A program made the position numbers and the translations under genes. This document shows, one piece after another, positions 35,693 to 47,067 of a DNA stretch of 64,000 nt. The notes beneath the pieces were generated by a model. That model was given only the letters and a program-made list of their open reading frames with translations. It searched no databases and had not been told where the DNA came from. This DNA is from Rhynchopus sp. YZ270_cl-10. Its lineage: Eukaryota. Position 1 is the stretch's first letter. Each line of letters opens with the position of its first letter. The stretch lies in contig OZ037837.1 in NCBI GenBank assembly GCA_964035575.1, positions 1,178,001-1,242,000 on the forward strand. Reading direction: 5' to 3'.

Positions 35693-38600
35693 CGTTAACC
35701 TCTATCGACTTTGCAGGATTGGGCAGTGTCAGAAGCCTTGAGTACAACTTTTTATCAGATTGCACGGCGTTAACCTCCATCAACTTTGCAGAATTGGGAA
35801 GTGTCAGAAGCCTTGACTTATTCTTCTTACCACGTTGCACAGAGCTAACCTCAATCGACTTTGCAGGATTGAGCAATGCCACAAGACTTTGGGGCTGCTT
35901 CTTATCAGGTCACACAGCGTTAACCTCCATCAACTTTGCAGGATTGAGCAGTGTTACAAGCGTTGGTAGCCACTTTTTATCAGGTTGCAAAGGATTAACC
36001 TCCATCGACTTTGCAGGGTTGGGCAATGTCACAATCCTTGAAAACTACTTCTTATCAGGTTGCAAAGAGTTAACCTCCATCAACTTTGCAGGATTGAGCA
36101 GTATCACAAGCCTTGGTAGCCACTTTTTATCAGATTGCACGTCGTTAACCTCTGTCGACTTTGCAGGATTGGGCGGTGTCACAAGCCTTGGTAATAGGTT
36201 CTTATCAGGTTGCAAAAAGTTAACCTCAATCGACTTTGCGGGATTGGGCAATGTTACAAGTCTGAGGACTCACTTCTTATCAGAATGCACGGCGTTGACC
36301 TCAATCGACTTCACAGGATTGAGCAGTGTCACAATCGTTGGCGACTTCTTCTCGTTCGGTTGCACGGCGTTAACCTCCATCGACTTTGCAGGATTGGACA
36401 GTGTTACAAGCCTTGGGAATTTATTCTTATCAGGTTGCACGGCGTTAACCGCAATCGACTTCACAGGATTGAGCAGTGTGACAAGCGCTGGATTCTATTT
36501 CTTGCGTGGTTGCACAGCGTTAGCTTCAATCGACCTTGCAGGATTGGGCAGTGTCACAAGCTTCGGGAACTACTTCTTATCAAATTGCACGGCGTTGACT
36601 TCAATCGACTTTGCAGGGCTGAGCGGTGTGACAGAAATTGGGAGAAGTTTTCTGAAAAACAAAAAAAGAACACGGTATCATGTGCAGAAAACGTTACCCG
36701 CTACTTTATTTTACAACGTACCGCCTAACCTAGAGGTTTTATTCCGATTTACAAAGTGACAGTCCGAAATTTGGGTACTAAGTTACTTCCAGTGTGGTCG
36801 GGATCCGTCCAATGAAAATAACGTCAGTAGAAAAGTTCGAGAATGTAGGTTTTATTATTTCTTTTACTTACGTATCAGCGTTACTATTTTTTGTTTTGAA
36901 TTGGCCCCACAGTCTGGGGTTGCTCTTGTAACGCAACAAATGGCGGTGAAAACCCCTCCCCTTTTTCCCCCTCGTGTGAAGAGCTGTTGCAGTGTGTGAT
37001 ACCGACATAGAAAAAAACTAAATTAAACCGGGTTCGTCCAGTGTTTTCCTGTTTTCTCTCTCTTTTGGTTCAATCTCTGCAACGCTCTTGTAAAACGTTC
37101 CTTTACCCCACACTTAGTTTTTACGGTCGACTCACTCTTTTCAAGATTTTATGATCTTAATATGTGTCAACATGTACACAGTCATATCAGGGTTATTTTT
37201 TATTTCCACCAGTACTGTCACGAGAGGGTTTTGTATTCCAAGTCAACTTTTTGTTTTTGAAGCAACTTTTGTGATTAAGTCAGCAACTCTGCATGCGTAG
37301 CGTACCAACTAAACAAAAGACGAAACGGGGTTTTGTGTGACTGAGTGTGGGGATGCGTTCAAGAATTAAACTCTTCCCCCCAAACCCCTTTTTTGTCTCT
37401 GTTTTTCTTTATCCAAACGGTATCATAATGCTTTCAAATTTTATTTGAAAGTATATGAATTTGTCTTTATCCAAACGGCAAGTGGATGTGTAATAATTTG
37501 AGGGACATTCAATGTACAAAGAACGTTTCTGTCGCGATTAAATTCGAGAATACCGTTGTTTCCTTTTGTACCCCCTTTTTCACCTCTCTCCGCCCTTCTC
37601 CATCCCATGTCTGTGCTCTACACCAGCTTCATATACCTCACAGACAAGCTTCTTCTGGGAAATTCGGAAAATACGAATAAGATAATATTTTTTAAAAAGA
37701 CAGGGATAGGGGATTTTTATACAGGAAGACAAAGGAACCAAGACAACAAAAGCGGTCCAAGCGGTCGGTCATCAGAGTGAAAAAGAAATCGAGGTCAATG
37801 TGAACACTGGTGTGGATGCATCAATGCACAACAAGAACGATCAAAAATAAAGAGACACAAACATACTTTTGTTTTCCCGTTTTTGCGGTATGCACCTCTC
37901 TGCACCTCTCTGTCGCCGTAGGCACCATTCCCTGCCATTTGCAGTAGGCGTCGTTGCCGTTGCTGCGTTTGGGTGTTGCAGCCGTGCTTGTCTCCAGTAT
38001 CGCAGAAAAGCGTGGCCAGTCGGCCCTCTTCCAATTCCATGTCTTACGCTTTGCTGTTGCTTGTTGTGTAGGTCGGTGTCTCGCACTGCACTGTGCCCAC
38101 TGGCAAGATGGTCCGATGTCCCTCCTACCCGCACGCCCATTTGGTGAGTGAGACGTCCTTTGAGGTGATGGCTACGTCCGGTGACGACATGGTCGTTCTG
38201 CTGTAGTCTCGTTGGCCTGGCTGTGTCGTTAGCAATCCTGAAGCTGTGTTACAGCGTCCACACCTGCCGCATGCTTTTGTGTGTGTTCACGCTTGAACGT
38301 CTGTGTCCGTCAAACGCAGTGCATCCAGTTTGGCTGGCCTTCAGTATTTAGGACCTGAGCGCCGTTCAATGCCTGCCCTCAGTAGTGGTATGCGGGCAGT
38401 CGTTGTCAAGTGGTGGAGTCGGGTTGGGTTTGGCGCGTGGTGTGTGTTGTTGTGTCACCTTCCGCTAACTAAGTGTTAGCTGCTGCAGCTGCGTCAGCTT
38501 TTCCCGCCTCGCCACCTTCTCCTTCGCAAGGTCGCATATGTGGCATGCCTTGAGCAGACAGCCATCGAGATCACCAACCAAATTTATTTTTGATTTTGTA

Positions 38601-39163
38601 CGAGGTGGGAGCTGTGCACATCACCACTACAGGTCCGGTGTGCTGGTGTGGGGTGCCTAACAGGGACGTGCCCAGCCATGGGGTGCTCTCGTGCATTTAT
38701 GTCTAGCACCTCAGCTTGCCTGAAGTTGCAGCACGAGAGCACCTTTGGCGTTCTTGCTGGGGTGGGGTGAGGTGTGCTGGTGGCACCTGGACCACTACCC
38801 TGTGGGTATGGCAACCAGTGGGGGACAGACCTGCACTACACGATGTGTTGAGGAGGGTCACGTATGTGCCGTTACCAGGGAGGGTAAGGAGGGTGATACG
38901 TGTTGCGGTGAAGGCCTGTGGGTTGGGTTGGGTCAGGGAGATGGAGGTGCACAGTGTTGTGGGTGTAGGGTTTTGGGTGTGGCGCTTCCCCTCCATTGTT
39001 GCGGTGTGGTGATGGGAGGGGAAGTTGTGGCCGGCTGTGGAGTGCTTTTGTGCATTTGCCCCTACTGATGGAACCATGCCACTTCACACCGCTTCACACC
39101 ACACTCACCCAACAACACCCACGTGCAGCCTCCCACACACACCACAACACACCCTTTCTTAAA

Positions 39164-39505
39164 ATGTCGTCCCCGTGTGAGGCTGCCAAGACATTCGTGG
39201 ACCTTCGTGTGGCGAAGAAGAACGACGAAGCAAAGCAGCACCTCGCAGACGACTGCGTGTGGACGGTGCCGACGATGACGGGGAGCGACACGAAGACCGG
39301 GAAGGACAACGTTGCGGCCTTCTGGGTTGAGCAGGACAAGAGTCTCCCGACAGTTGTGTCGATCGACGACTTCGAGCCGACAGGCGACAACGCGGCTGTG
39401 CGCAAGATGGTCATCAAGAAGATGATGATGAAGATCAACCTCACCCAGACCATCACCTTCAACTCCGACATGAAGGTCGTCTCCTCTGTGACCGCCAAGG
39501 CATGA
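39164..39505 (+). CDS. SnoaL/NTF2-like small protein (113 aa), copy 2
   Basis: Protein identical to 28510-28851; one synonymous difference seen (ACG vs ACA). Confidence 0.7.
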   Translation: MSSPCEAAKTFVDLRVAKKNDEAKQHLADDCVWTVPTMTGSDTKTGKDNVAAFWVEQDKSLPTVVSIDDFEPTGDNAAVRKMVIKKMMMKINLTQTITFNSDMKVVSSVTAKA

Positions 39506-40076
39506 GGGGTGCGCTCATCCTGTCACGGATGGTTCTGCCTCCGTTTTTATTCTTTGTTCAAATGTGCGGATTTCTTTCGAGTGGTTTTGATTTTGATTTT
39601 GATTTTGCTTTTGGCTTTGGTTTCTTGGTGACTAAGCACGAGAGGCTTCGGTTCATCTTGCAAACTTTTCTGTTGCTTTCTTTTCCACGCAGCTTTGGAT
39701 GATGTGTTGCCCCTTTGCGGGCACCTCTGTTTTTCCAATATCTGCTGTTTACTTTGTGCTGTGCTATTATATTTTTCACCTGATTTTTCGCACTTCTTCT
39801 CTTTTCTCCATGACAAAAACCCCTGTGTACACAATCAGGCCTCAGGATACAACACGGAAACAGCGAAAAGAACGAAAACCCCATCACCCACCCCACCCCC
39901 ACCTCACTGGTGGCAGTATTGTGATAATTGCCCAATCATAGTACTAAATATACATCACAATACGTTTACATTGTGTTATGTATTATGGCCAATCAGCACA
40001 ATGCAGCTACCACTACACACAACCCCCCCCTGCCCCCCCACCCCTTTCTAGAACCATTTACACATACAGCACCGCT

Positions 40077-41357
40077 ATGAAACGATGTACAGCACTCCTT
40101 CTTGGCAGGCACCAATACCCTGCCTTCACGCAGCTACGGAGGAGGTACGCCCGCGTCTGGGAAGCGGACCAGGACGTAGCCCCGACCACAACCACGGACG
40201 CAGTCGCATGCTTGGAGGATAATGTACGGCGGTGGCTTGCAGCTCCGAGTATGCGGATGCTGCATGAGTGTCTGGAAGGGGCGACACCCAAAACAGTTGA
40301 GGTGGTGATGACGATGTGTGATGAGGTGGGGTGGTGCCTGGGTGACATAGAGTTAGAAGCGTTGTTGAGAGTGCCAATGCATGTGGCAGGGCTGGCTGAG
40401 TTTGGGGTGGCGGTCGAGCGTGGTGGGCATGCTCTAGGGGAGCGCAGCGCTCTTCGTCTGCTGCGCGTATTGAGTGAAGCAGGGGCCACCGAATACGCAT
40501 CAGTACGATGCAAAGCGGGCTACGCTGCAGCCAGAGTCATGCAGCACGCCGCATCCCACGGTGTCGCTGTGCCACCCAACATCGTTCTCGAGGTCTTTGA
40601 CCTTGTGGGACACACCCTCGATCTTGACTTGGTCCTCGCTCTACCACAACGCGAATCACTCTCCGCACAATTCAAACCTACGATGTATGAACGTCTCATG
40701 ACGCTTGCCAACGCAACGCAACGCTATGCGGATACGTTACAACTCTTTGATGAATGCCTGACACACTGCGAAGCTAACGACAAGGTCTGCAGCCGTGCTG
40801 TCCTTGCGCTCTGCCGCACCACTGCACTGCCGCCTTTGTCTGTTTTGGACGCAGTCTCGCTTCGTTGCAACGCCGTTGGAGTGCTGTCGTACAGCGCAGC
40901 GCTGTCTGAGGCCGACACTTTGTCAGGTGCGTTAGACGTGGCACGGCGTATGCAAGCTCGTGGATCTGCACCTGATGTGACCGCAATGCAAGCATTAGTG
41001 CTGCGTGCTCTGGAGGAGGGGTGTGTGGATGAGGCGGAGCGATGGTATGAGAAGGTTCTTACAGCTGCAGCACCTCGGCCACAGATGTTGATGTCTTTCA
41101 TGGAGGTGTGCGCACGGAAGTGCGAGAAGGCAGAGGATCGCTACATGACCCTGGCAGAATCCTGCTTCGACGTTCTGCTCGCAGAGTTGACGCCACTCAA
41201 GCGAGACCGCAAGGCAGTTCTTCCCCGTGCCGGTGTCTTCCTATGTCGCCTCTACGCTAAGTATGGTATGCACGATGACGCACGATGTACAGACGCAAAG
41301 ATCGATGCGTTTCTCAACACAGTACGCGGTTATCATCACGCCAAGCTTGCGCGGTGA
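40077..41357 (+). CDS. Degenerate PPR-like helical-repeat protein, probably mitochondrial (~426 aa)
   Basis: Arg-rich, acid-free N-terminus MKRCTALLLGRHQYPAFTQLRRRYA; PPR-like motifs MYERLMTLANATQRYADTLQLFDEC and ALDVARRMQARGSAPDVTAMQALV...GCVDEAERWYE. Confidence 0.65.
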   Translation: MKRCTALLLGRHQYPAFTQLRRRYARVWEADQDVAPTTTTDAVACLEDNVRRWLAAPSMRMLHECLEGATPKTVEVVMTMCDEVGWCLGDIELEALLRVPMHVAGLAEFGVAVERGGHALGERSALRLLRVLSEAGATEYASVRCKAGYAAARVMQHAASHGVAVPPNIVLEVFDLVGHTLDLDLVLALPQRESLSAQFKPTMYERLMTLANATQRYADTLQLFDECLTHCEANDKVCSRAVLALCRTTALPPLSVLDAVSLRCNAVGVLSYSAALSEADTLSGALDVARRMQARGSAPDVTAMQALVLRALEEGCVDEAERWYEKVLTAAAPRPQMLMSFMEVCARKCEKAEDRYMTLAESCFDVLLAELTPLKRDRKAVLPRAGVFLCRLYAKYGMHDDARCTDAKIDAFLNTVRGYHHAKLAR

Positions 41358-41956
41358 AGAAGAAAAGGAAGAAGAACGGAAAAAAATAATAAAATATGGA
41401 GAAAATATATGGCATGGTTTGGTACTCCCTCTGGCTTATGCTGGCCCTTTGTTGCTGCTAAGGGATGGGGGTAAACCCTCCAGAGGCTGAGGTTGTGGGA
41501 GGAGGAGGGGGAGGGGTGACACCCGGTGTCTCGAAGTGTACGTAGCCTAACCCCGTCGAGAGTCGTGAAGAATGATAAAAGAATGAGTGGAGCACATCCT
41601 CTGGTGTCTTATCACTACGGGTTTTTGATAAAACAACTTGTTGTCAATTCTAAAAAAAGATTGGGAGGCAAGCGCTTCGGGCAAACAAAAAACGGATTGA
41701 AAAAAAAGACAGAATCGTGCTTGTTTTCTTTGTTAACCACAACAACCGTACTTCAGTTTTTCAGATGGGTTTACGGGTGTGCGAGCTACGGAGAGAGGCT
41801 TTCAGAATGAACTCATCTGCGCAGGGGAGAGGCCAGAGATGAGGGGTCTGTGGGTGTGCCTTTGTGTTGGTCCATGGGATGCCCGGGTGGGGTTCTCGTT
41901 TCCATTTTTTGTGTTTATTTTTTAAAAAAATGAAGAGGGGGGTATTGAATAACACA

Positions 41957-43372
41957 ATGCAGGTCTTCGTAGGAACGCTTGTGACACCGAACCCGAACAA
42001 GCCGGGGGTGATTGAGTGTGTGGAGGAGGCTGTGGTCTGCGTGAACGGTGCGGGTGTGATTGAGTATGTGTGGGATGCAGGCGCAGGTGTGCTGCTGTCT
42101 GCGACAGAGCTGTCTGCGGGCACAACCTGCGACGCTGTGGCGCACGATGTGGCGGCGTGCAAGGAGCACGGCACACTGCACACCATTACAGGGAAAGACT
42201 TCCTGACGTCGGGCCTTGTGGACCTGCACCACCACGCACCGCAGGAGGAGTTCACCGGCACGGCGACCGACACGGAGCTGATGGCGTGGCTCGAGCGCTA
42301 CACGTTCCCCTCGGAGATGCGCATGGAGTGCACGAAACGTGCGCTGGAGGACTACCGCCGTGTGGTGACGTCGTCGCTGCACAACGGGACGACAACGTCT
42401 GTCTACTTCGCAACCATCCACGCTGCGTCCTCCATGGTGCTTGCGGAGCAGTGCTACGAGCTGGGCCAGCGTGCGTACATCGGGAAGGTGTCGATGGACA
42501 GAGAGTCGCCGGAGGGCTACTGCGAGGAGACCGAGGCTGCGTCTGCGGCCGCTGCACAGTTCTGCACTGCAGCGATGAAGCGATTTGGGGATCTGGTGCA
42601 CCCAATTGTGACGCCACGCTTCGTGCCCACATGCTCTGAGCCGCTGCTCGAGTCTCTGGGGACCTTCCGTGCACAGCACCCGGGCCTGCTTGCGACAACA
42701 CACGTGAGCGAGAGCCTGGACCAGGTCGCCTTCGTCGCGTCGCTTGCAGAACACCACGGGGGCGAGGTGCGCGACCTGCCCATCCTCGACAGGACGGGGC
42801 TGCTGCGTGACTCCATCATTGCGCATGCTGTGTACCTCACAGACGACGAGCTGCTGCGGTGCAAGGAGGTCAACGCAGGCATTGCACACTGCCCGCTGTC
42901 GAACTGCTACTTTGGGCACACTGCGCTGCGCACCAAATACATTGTACAGGAACTGGACGTCAAGGTGGGCCTGGGCACTGATGTTGCGGGCGGCTACGAC
43001 TGCAGCATGCTGAACGCTGTACGCCACTGCGTCACGTCGTCACTCCACGTTGCCCAGATAGAAAACACAGCAGCAGTCTCGCCACTTCCCCCGAAGCACG
43101 CTATGGACTACAAGTTTGCGTTCTGGCTGGCGACTGTGGGTGGTGCACAGGTGTTGCAGAGGGACGACCTGGGTGCCATAGTCGCAGGCCGTCAGTTCGA
43201 CGCCATCCACGTCAACTCACAGGCAGCACCCTACCGCTTCTACGTGCGCGAGCAGGACACCCTGATGGACATCTTCCAGAAGTGGGTCAACCTTGGGGAT
43301 GACAGACACATCGCCCGCGTGTGGGTTGCAGGCAAGCAGGTAGTAGGGGAAGGGAAGCACACAGCCCCCTAG
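41957..43372 (+). CDS. GDA: Guanine deaminase (amidohydrolase superfamily, ~471 aa)
   Basis: GLVDLHHHAPQ, WLERYTFPSE, NGTTT..YFATIH, VTPRFVPTCS, THVSE, AHCPLSN, VGLGTDVAGG and GDDRHI motifs. Confidence 0.93.
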   Translation: MQVFVGTLVTPNPNKPGVIECVEEAVVCVNGAGVIEYVWDAGAGVLLSATELSAGTTCDAVAHDVAACKEHGTLHTITGKDFLTSGLVDLHHHAPQEEFTGTATDTELMAWLERYTFPSEMRMECTKRALEDYRRVVTSSLHNGTTTSVYFATIHAASSMVLAEQCYELGQRAYIGKVSMDRESPEGYCEETEAASAAAAQFCTAAMKRFGDLVHPIVTPRFVPTCSEPLLESLGTFRAQHPGLLATTHVSESLDQVAFVASLAEHHGGEVRDLPILDRTGLLRDSIIAHAVYLTDDELLRCKEVNAGIAHCPLSNCYFGHTALRTKYIVQELDVKVGLGTDVAGGYDCSMLNAVRHCVTSSLHVAQIENTAAVSPLPPKHAMDYKFAFWLATVGGAQVLQRDDLGAIVAGRQFDAIHVNSQAAPYRFYVREQDTLMDIFQKWVNLGDDRHIARVWVAGKQVVGEGKHTAP

Positions 43373-44299
43373 CCCAGTTGTGTGTCCCATGAACGAAACG
43401 TGGGGCAAGAGAGAGGATCTTTAGTGGGTGCTATCCGGGGCTGTGGGGGAGGAGACGAAGAGTGAAGTGAGGGGTATCTTCAGTGGATTTGTATTGATGT
43501 TGTATATCAGATGTCAACCACGAAAATGGATGCAGGACTGCATGGTTGGGTGTCCACCCGGTGCGTCGGTCATGTACCGAAGGTGCACTGTCACGAGAGG
43601 GCTTTGTATTCCAAGTCAAATTATGTGTTCTGGGTGCTAGTGATTGTTACCCCCGTTTTAGAATCAACAGAGAGAATGTGTACGTTAAGATTTCTTTGTT
43701 TATGGTGTCGAGACAAAAAAACCAAGTTTTCAAAAAAAAAAGGCATTTTGCATTTTGTACACTATTTGTCACGTGCCCACCCTTTTGTCATATCTACCCT
43801 TTTGTGTTGTGATGGAGTGTGGGAGGAGGAGGGGCAGTGGGTGGGGTGGGTGGAGTGTATGTGCCGTAGGTGCACCGCCCTCGTGGCACACATGGGTCAT
43901 TCCGAAAGCACTCACCACAACACAACCACAGCAGCACAACTAACGAAGCAATAACAGCAACACTGTTTCCATGGATAGACATGAAAAGGAGTTCCGTGTG
44001 TCTAGCTTCGGCGAACGGCCACCTTCCAAGTTCACATCCAAGCTGGCACGTCTTCTCTTCTGGCATGCTCTCCGTTCACATCACGTAGCGACTGCACTTG
44101 CTGCAACAACCGGCAGCGAATCTGTGCAGCGCAGACGTGAGTGCCGTAGTGGCGGTTACTTCCTGGGGGAGACGATCAGCCTCTCACTCACCTTTCCTGT
44201 GTGCTGCAGTCTTGAACGCACACTCTGTTTCCATCCCATGCCACCCACCCAACCCTTCCAGACACCCCTGCACCCTCCCACCTCTCCGAAACACACAAC

Positions 44300-45667
44300 A
44301 TGGTGTCTGACACGCAGCCCACCGCACCACAGATGCCGAGCTGTGAGAACTGTGGCGTGCCTGCACAGCTGCAGTGCGGGGTCTGCATGGAGCTGTTCTT
44401 CTGCGACACACCTGCGTGCTATGACGCTTGCCATGCAAGGCCACGTGACCGTGAGGCACATCGCGCTTCTGTGACTGCGTACGGGACGTCGTCGAAGTGT
44501 GCACATCACCCCGACCAAGTGCTATGCCTCGTTTGTGTAGACCCTGCGTGTGGAGACGCGTTGATCTGCATGCGTTGTGACAAGTGCGACACACATGCGG
44601 GACACAAGACAGTCGACATCACGGACTACATGAAACGTCAGTGCAACATCCTCCACTCGCACGTGGCAGACCTGACAACACGGCGGATTGCTGCAAAGGA
44701 GACGTGCCATGTGCTTGAGGCACACCCACCCACGGAAGGCAGGTACAAAGACCTTCTCCTGCAGACACACGTCGGGCACCTCGTGATGCGTGAGGATGTG
44801 TCGCGCAGCGAAGTCGTGTGTGAGGAAGAGGTGGCACGGAGCTTCCTCACACAGGCACTCAGTCGTGAAGGGGAGGTGTGTGCGCTGAAGACGTTTGTTG
44901 CGAAGGCAGGACACATGATTGCTGAGTGCGAAGCGGTGTGCCAGCTTGGGGACGACCAGGTGTTGCGTGCGGTCACAGAGTCGCAGGTTGTTGTGCGGAG
45001 CATCAACAGCATGGCAGCGAGTGGAGACCGCCACCGCCTTGTGGGTGCTGCATATCCAACGTTTTCCCTGAAGCGGTCTGTTTCAAACGTGCACAACGCC
45101 CTTGCCCAGATAATGGCGAGTTTGCCACTTTTTGGTGATGGTTTCCCGTCAGGTGCAGCAGGGTTCCCGTCGTTTGCCCCGAGCTGCAGTGCTGCTGGTG
45201 CAGCGTCCTCAAGCGCCGCAGCAACTGGTGGTTTCCCATCGTTTGCAGCAAGCTCGTCCAGCGCAACAGGGGGCTTCCCGTCGTTCGGCCCCAGTAGTGG
45301 AAACACATCAACAGCGACAGCAACAACAGCAGGCTCCTCAAGCGCTGCAGCAGGTGGTTTCCCCTTCACTGCGAATAGGTCCGCATCAGCGAAAGGTGGC
45401 TTCCCTTCGTTTGCAGCATCAACAGAAGCAGCAGCCTCCAGCACGACAGGGGGGTTCCCTTCCTTCTCTGCATCCAGTTCATCTGCACCTGCAGGCGGAG
45501 GGTTCCCTGCATTTGCCCCTAGTACCACAACAGCAGCTTCAAGCGCAACAGGCGGTGTCGCTTCATTTGCAGCCTCGTCTGGGCTTAGCTTTGGAACATC
45601 CCCTACTGAGACTGCACCGCCTTCCGTCACCCCAGCTGTCGCAGCAACAGGCTGCACCCACAGTTGA
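44300..45667 (+). CDS. TRIM-like tandem B-box + coiled-coil protein with GGFPSFA low-complexity tail (455 aa)
   Basis: CENC...CGVC...C...C...CH and CAHH...C..C...ICMRC...HAGH zinc motifs, then a helical region, then ~8 GGFPSF-like repeats in Ala/Ser/Thr spacers. Confidence 0.75.
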   Translation: MVSDTQPTAPQMPSCENCGVPAQLQCGVCMELFFCDTPACYDACHARPRDREAHRASVTAYGTSSKCAHHPDQVLCLVCVDPACGDALICMRCDKCDTHAGHKTVDITDYMKRQCNILHSHVADLTTRRIAAKETCHVLEAHPPTEGRYKDLLLQTHVGHLVMREDVSRSEVVCEEEVARSFLTQALSREGEVCALKTFVAKAGHMIAECEAVCQLGDDQVLRAVTESQVVVRSINSMAASGDRHRLVGAAYPTFSLKRSVSNVHNALAQIMASLPLFGDGFPSGAAGFPSFAPSCSAAGAASSSAAATGGFPSFAASSSSATGGFPSFGPSSGNTSTATATTAGSSSAAAGGFPFTANRSASAKGGFPSFAASTEAAASSTTGGFPSFSASSSSAPAGGGFPAFAPSTTTAASSATGGVASFAASSGLSFGTSPTETAPPSVTPAVAATGCTHS

Positions 45668-47067
45668 CCTGAGTGCATTACAACGCGTTAACAGGACTGG
45701 GAACATGTTACTTGGCAACTGCCCATCGCTGAAGACTGTGGATGGACAGGACATGTGTAGCTATGCTGTATACAATGTTCTACCAGAGCACTTGCGCCAT
45801 TTTTCTTGAAACCAGGTTATTTTACTACTTTTTGCCACATACTTGGGTAAGGTGGGAAGGGGAAGAGAACACAACCACCAAGCACTTTTGCAGGTTATCA
45901 AGTGTTCCTTGATAACTTTTTTTCCCCCCACTTTTTTTTGGGTTGATGGGGACAACCATCACAACGAGACCGCACATAAAAAGGAAAGATCTGTTACATT
46001 ATATCTAGAAGCCCCCTCTCCCCTCCCTCCCACGGCCTCTCCCTCTCCCCTCCTCTCTCCCCCACGATCCTTCAGATGCCCAAGCACACGAGGCTTGCGT
46101 CATGTTCCTAACTTATGCTTATTTTAGACGTATGCACACAAGTGGCATATTTGTGCAAACTTTGCCCTCATCACCTTCAGCACTTCATGCAATCGCAAAT
46201 CTGTAATCAAGTCAAATATTTAAAGAAGAAAGAAGAAAAATGGTAGATTCTTAGAAGCAAACAACAAACAACCTGTTTTTTTATCCTCCCCGTTTTTTTG
46301 TCCTTTGCAACAAGCAAAGAGGAACGAGTCTCTCGAGAATTTTTTTATGGTTTACCGAATATCAGCAGGGGTGGCTTGGCTGCGCTTGGGCGTTCTTTTG
46401 GGTTTGGGGCACGGTGCACTGGGTGGGCTGGTGGGCGGGATCGCAGGAGGGAGACGTCGTTGTCGGAGGACACAGGTGCAGGGCACGTTGTGTGGTAGTG
46501 CAGCACGACTGGTTCTGGCTCGATGTGCAGTGTGTTGTCGTTGTGGTGATGCTGGGGTGGAACAGGGACGTGCCCAGCCATGGGGTGCTTTCGTGCATTT
46601 GTCTGGCACCTCGGCTTGCCGTGGTTGCAGCACGAGAGCACCTTTGGCGTTCTTGCTTGCGTGGGGCGGTGCTGTGCGAACGTGGCTGCATACATTGATG
46701 ACTGCCACCCTGCTTTCCCGTGCGTGCCTTCGTGCACAACAGGAAATGGGGTGGGTGGGTCGGTGGCAGTGCTGCTTGCACCAACACGACATGCACACTA
46801 TGTTTGGACAGCTCACACATTCGCACGGTGCGCTCACCAATGGGGGTGCTCTTCCGCACCACCTCTATGCAGACCTGAGCTCTCTGCTCTTCACTAAAAA
46901 TGACTCTACCGCAGGACTAGACTCACTGCACCACACCAGCACACTGGGAACCTCCCATTGAGTCCTGCCACTATGCCGTGCACATTTGCCCCACTCACCC
47001 CAGCCCCCACCCACCCCACTACCCCACATCCACACCACCCACACCACCCCAGGCAGGCCTAGTGACG

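Larger units (their letters stand above)
30082..36759 (+). pseudogene. Ubl-LRR gene disrupted by a LINE (5' part 30082-30545, 3' part ~35693-36759)
   Basis: MELNIEGFDGKMYFVDVDVDDTAKDLRRKVA Ubl domain and first LRR ending ...CTALTSID; the LRR array resumes LTSIDFAGLG... after the element as ~13 tandem 75-nt units. Confidence 0.85.

Noticed and set aside
35693..36655. Regular repeat/variable pattern suggesting a CRISPR array
   Set aside because: In-frame 75-nt LRR coding units in a eukaryotic gene; no cas genes.
41915..43027. 370-aa minus-strand ORF
   Set aside because: Antisense shadow of guanine deaminase.
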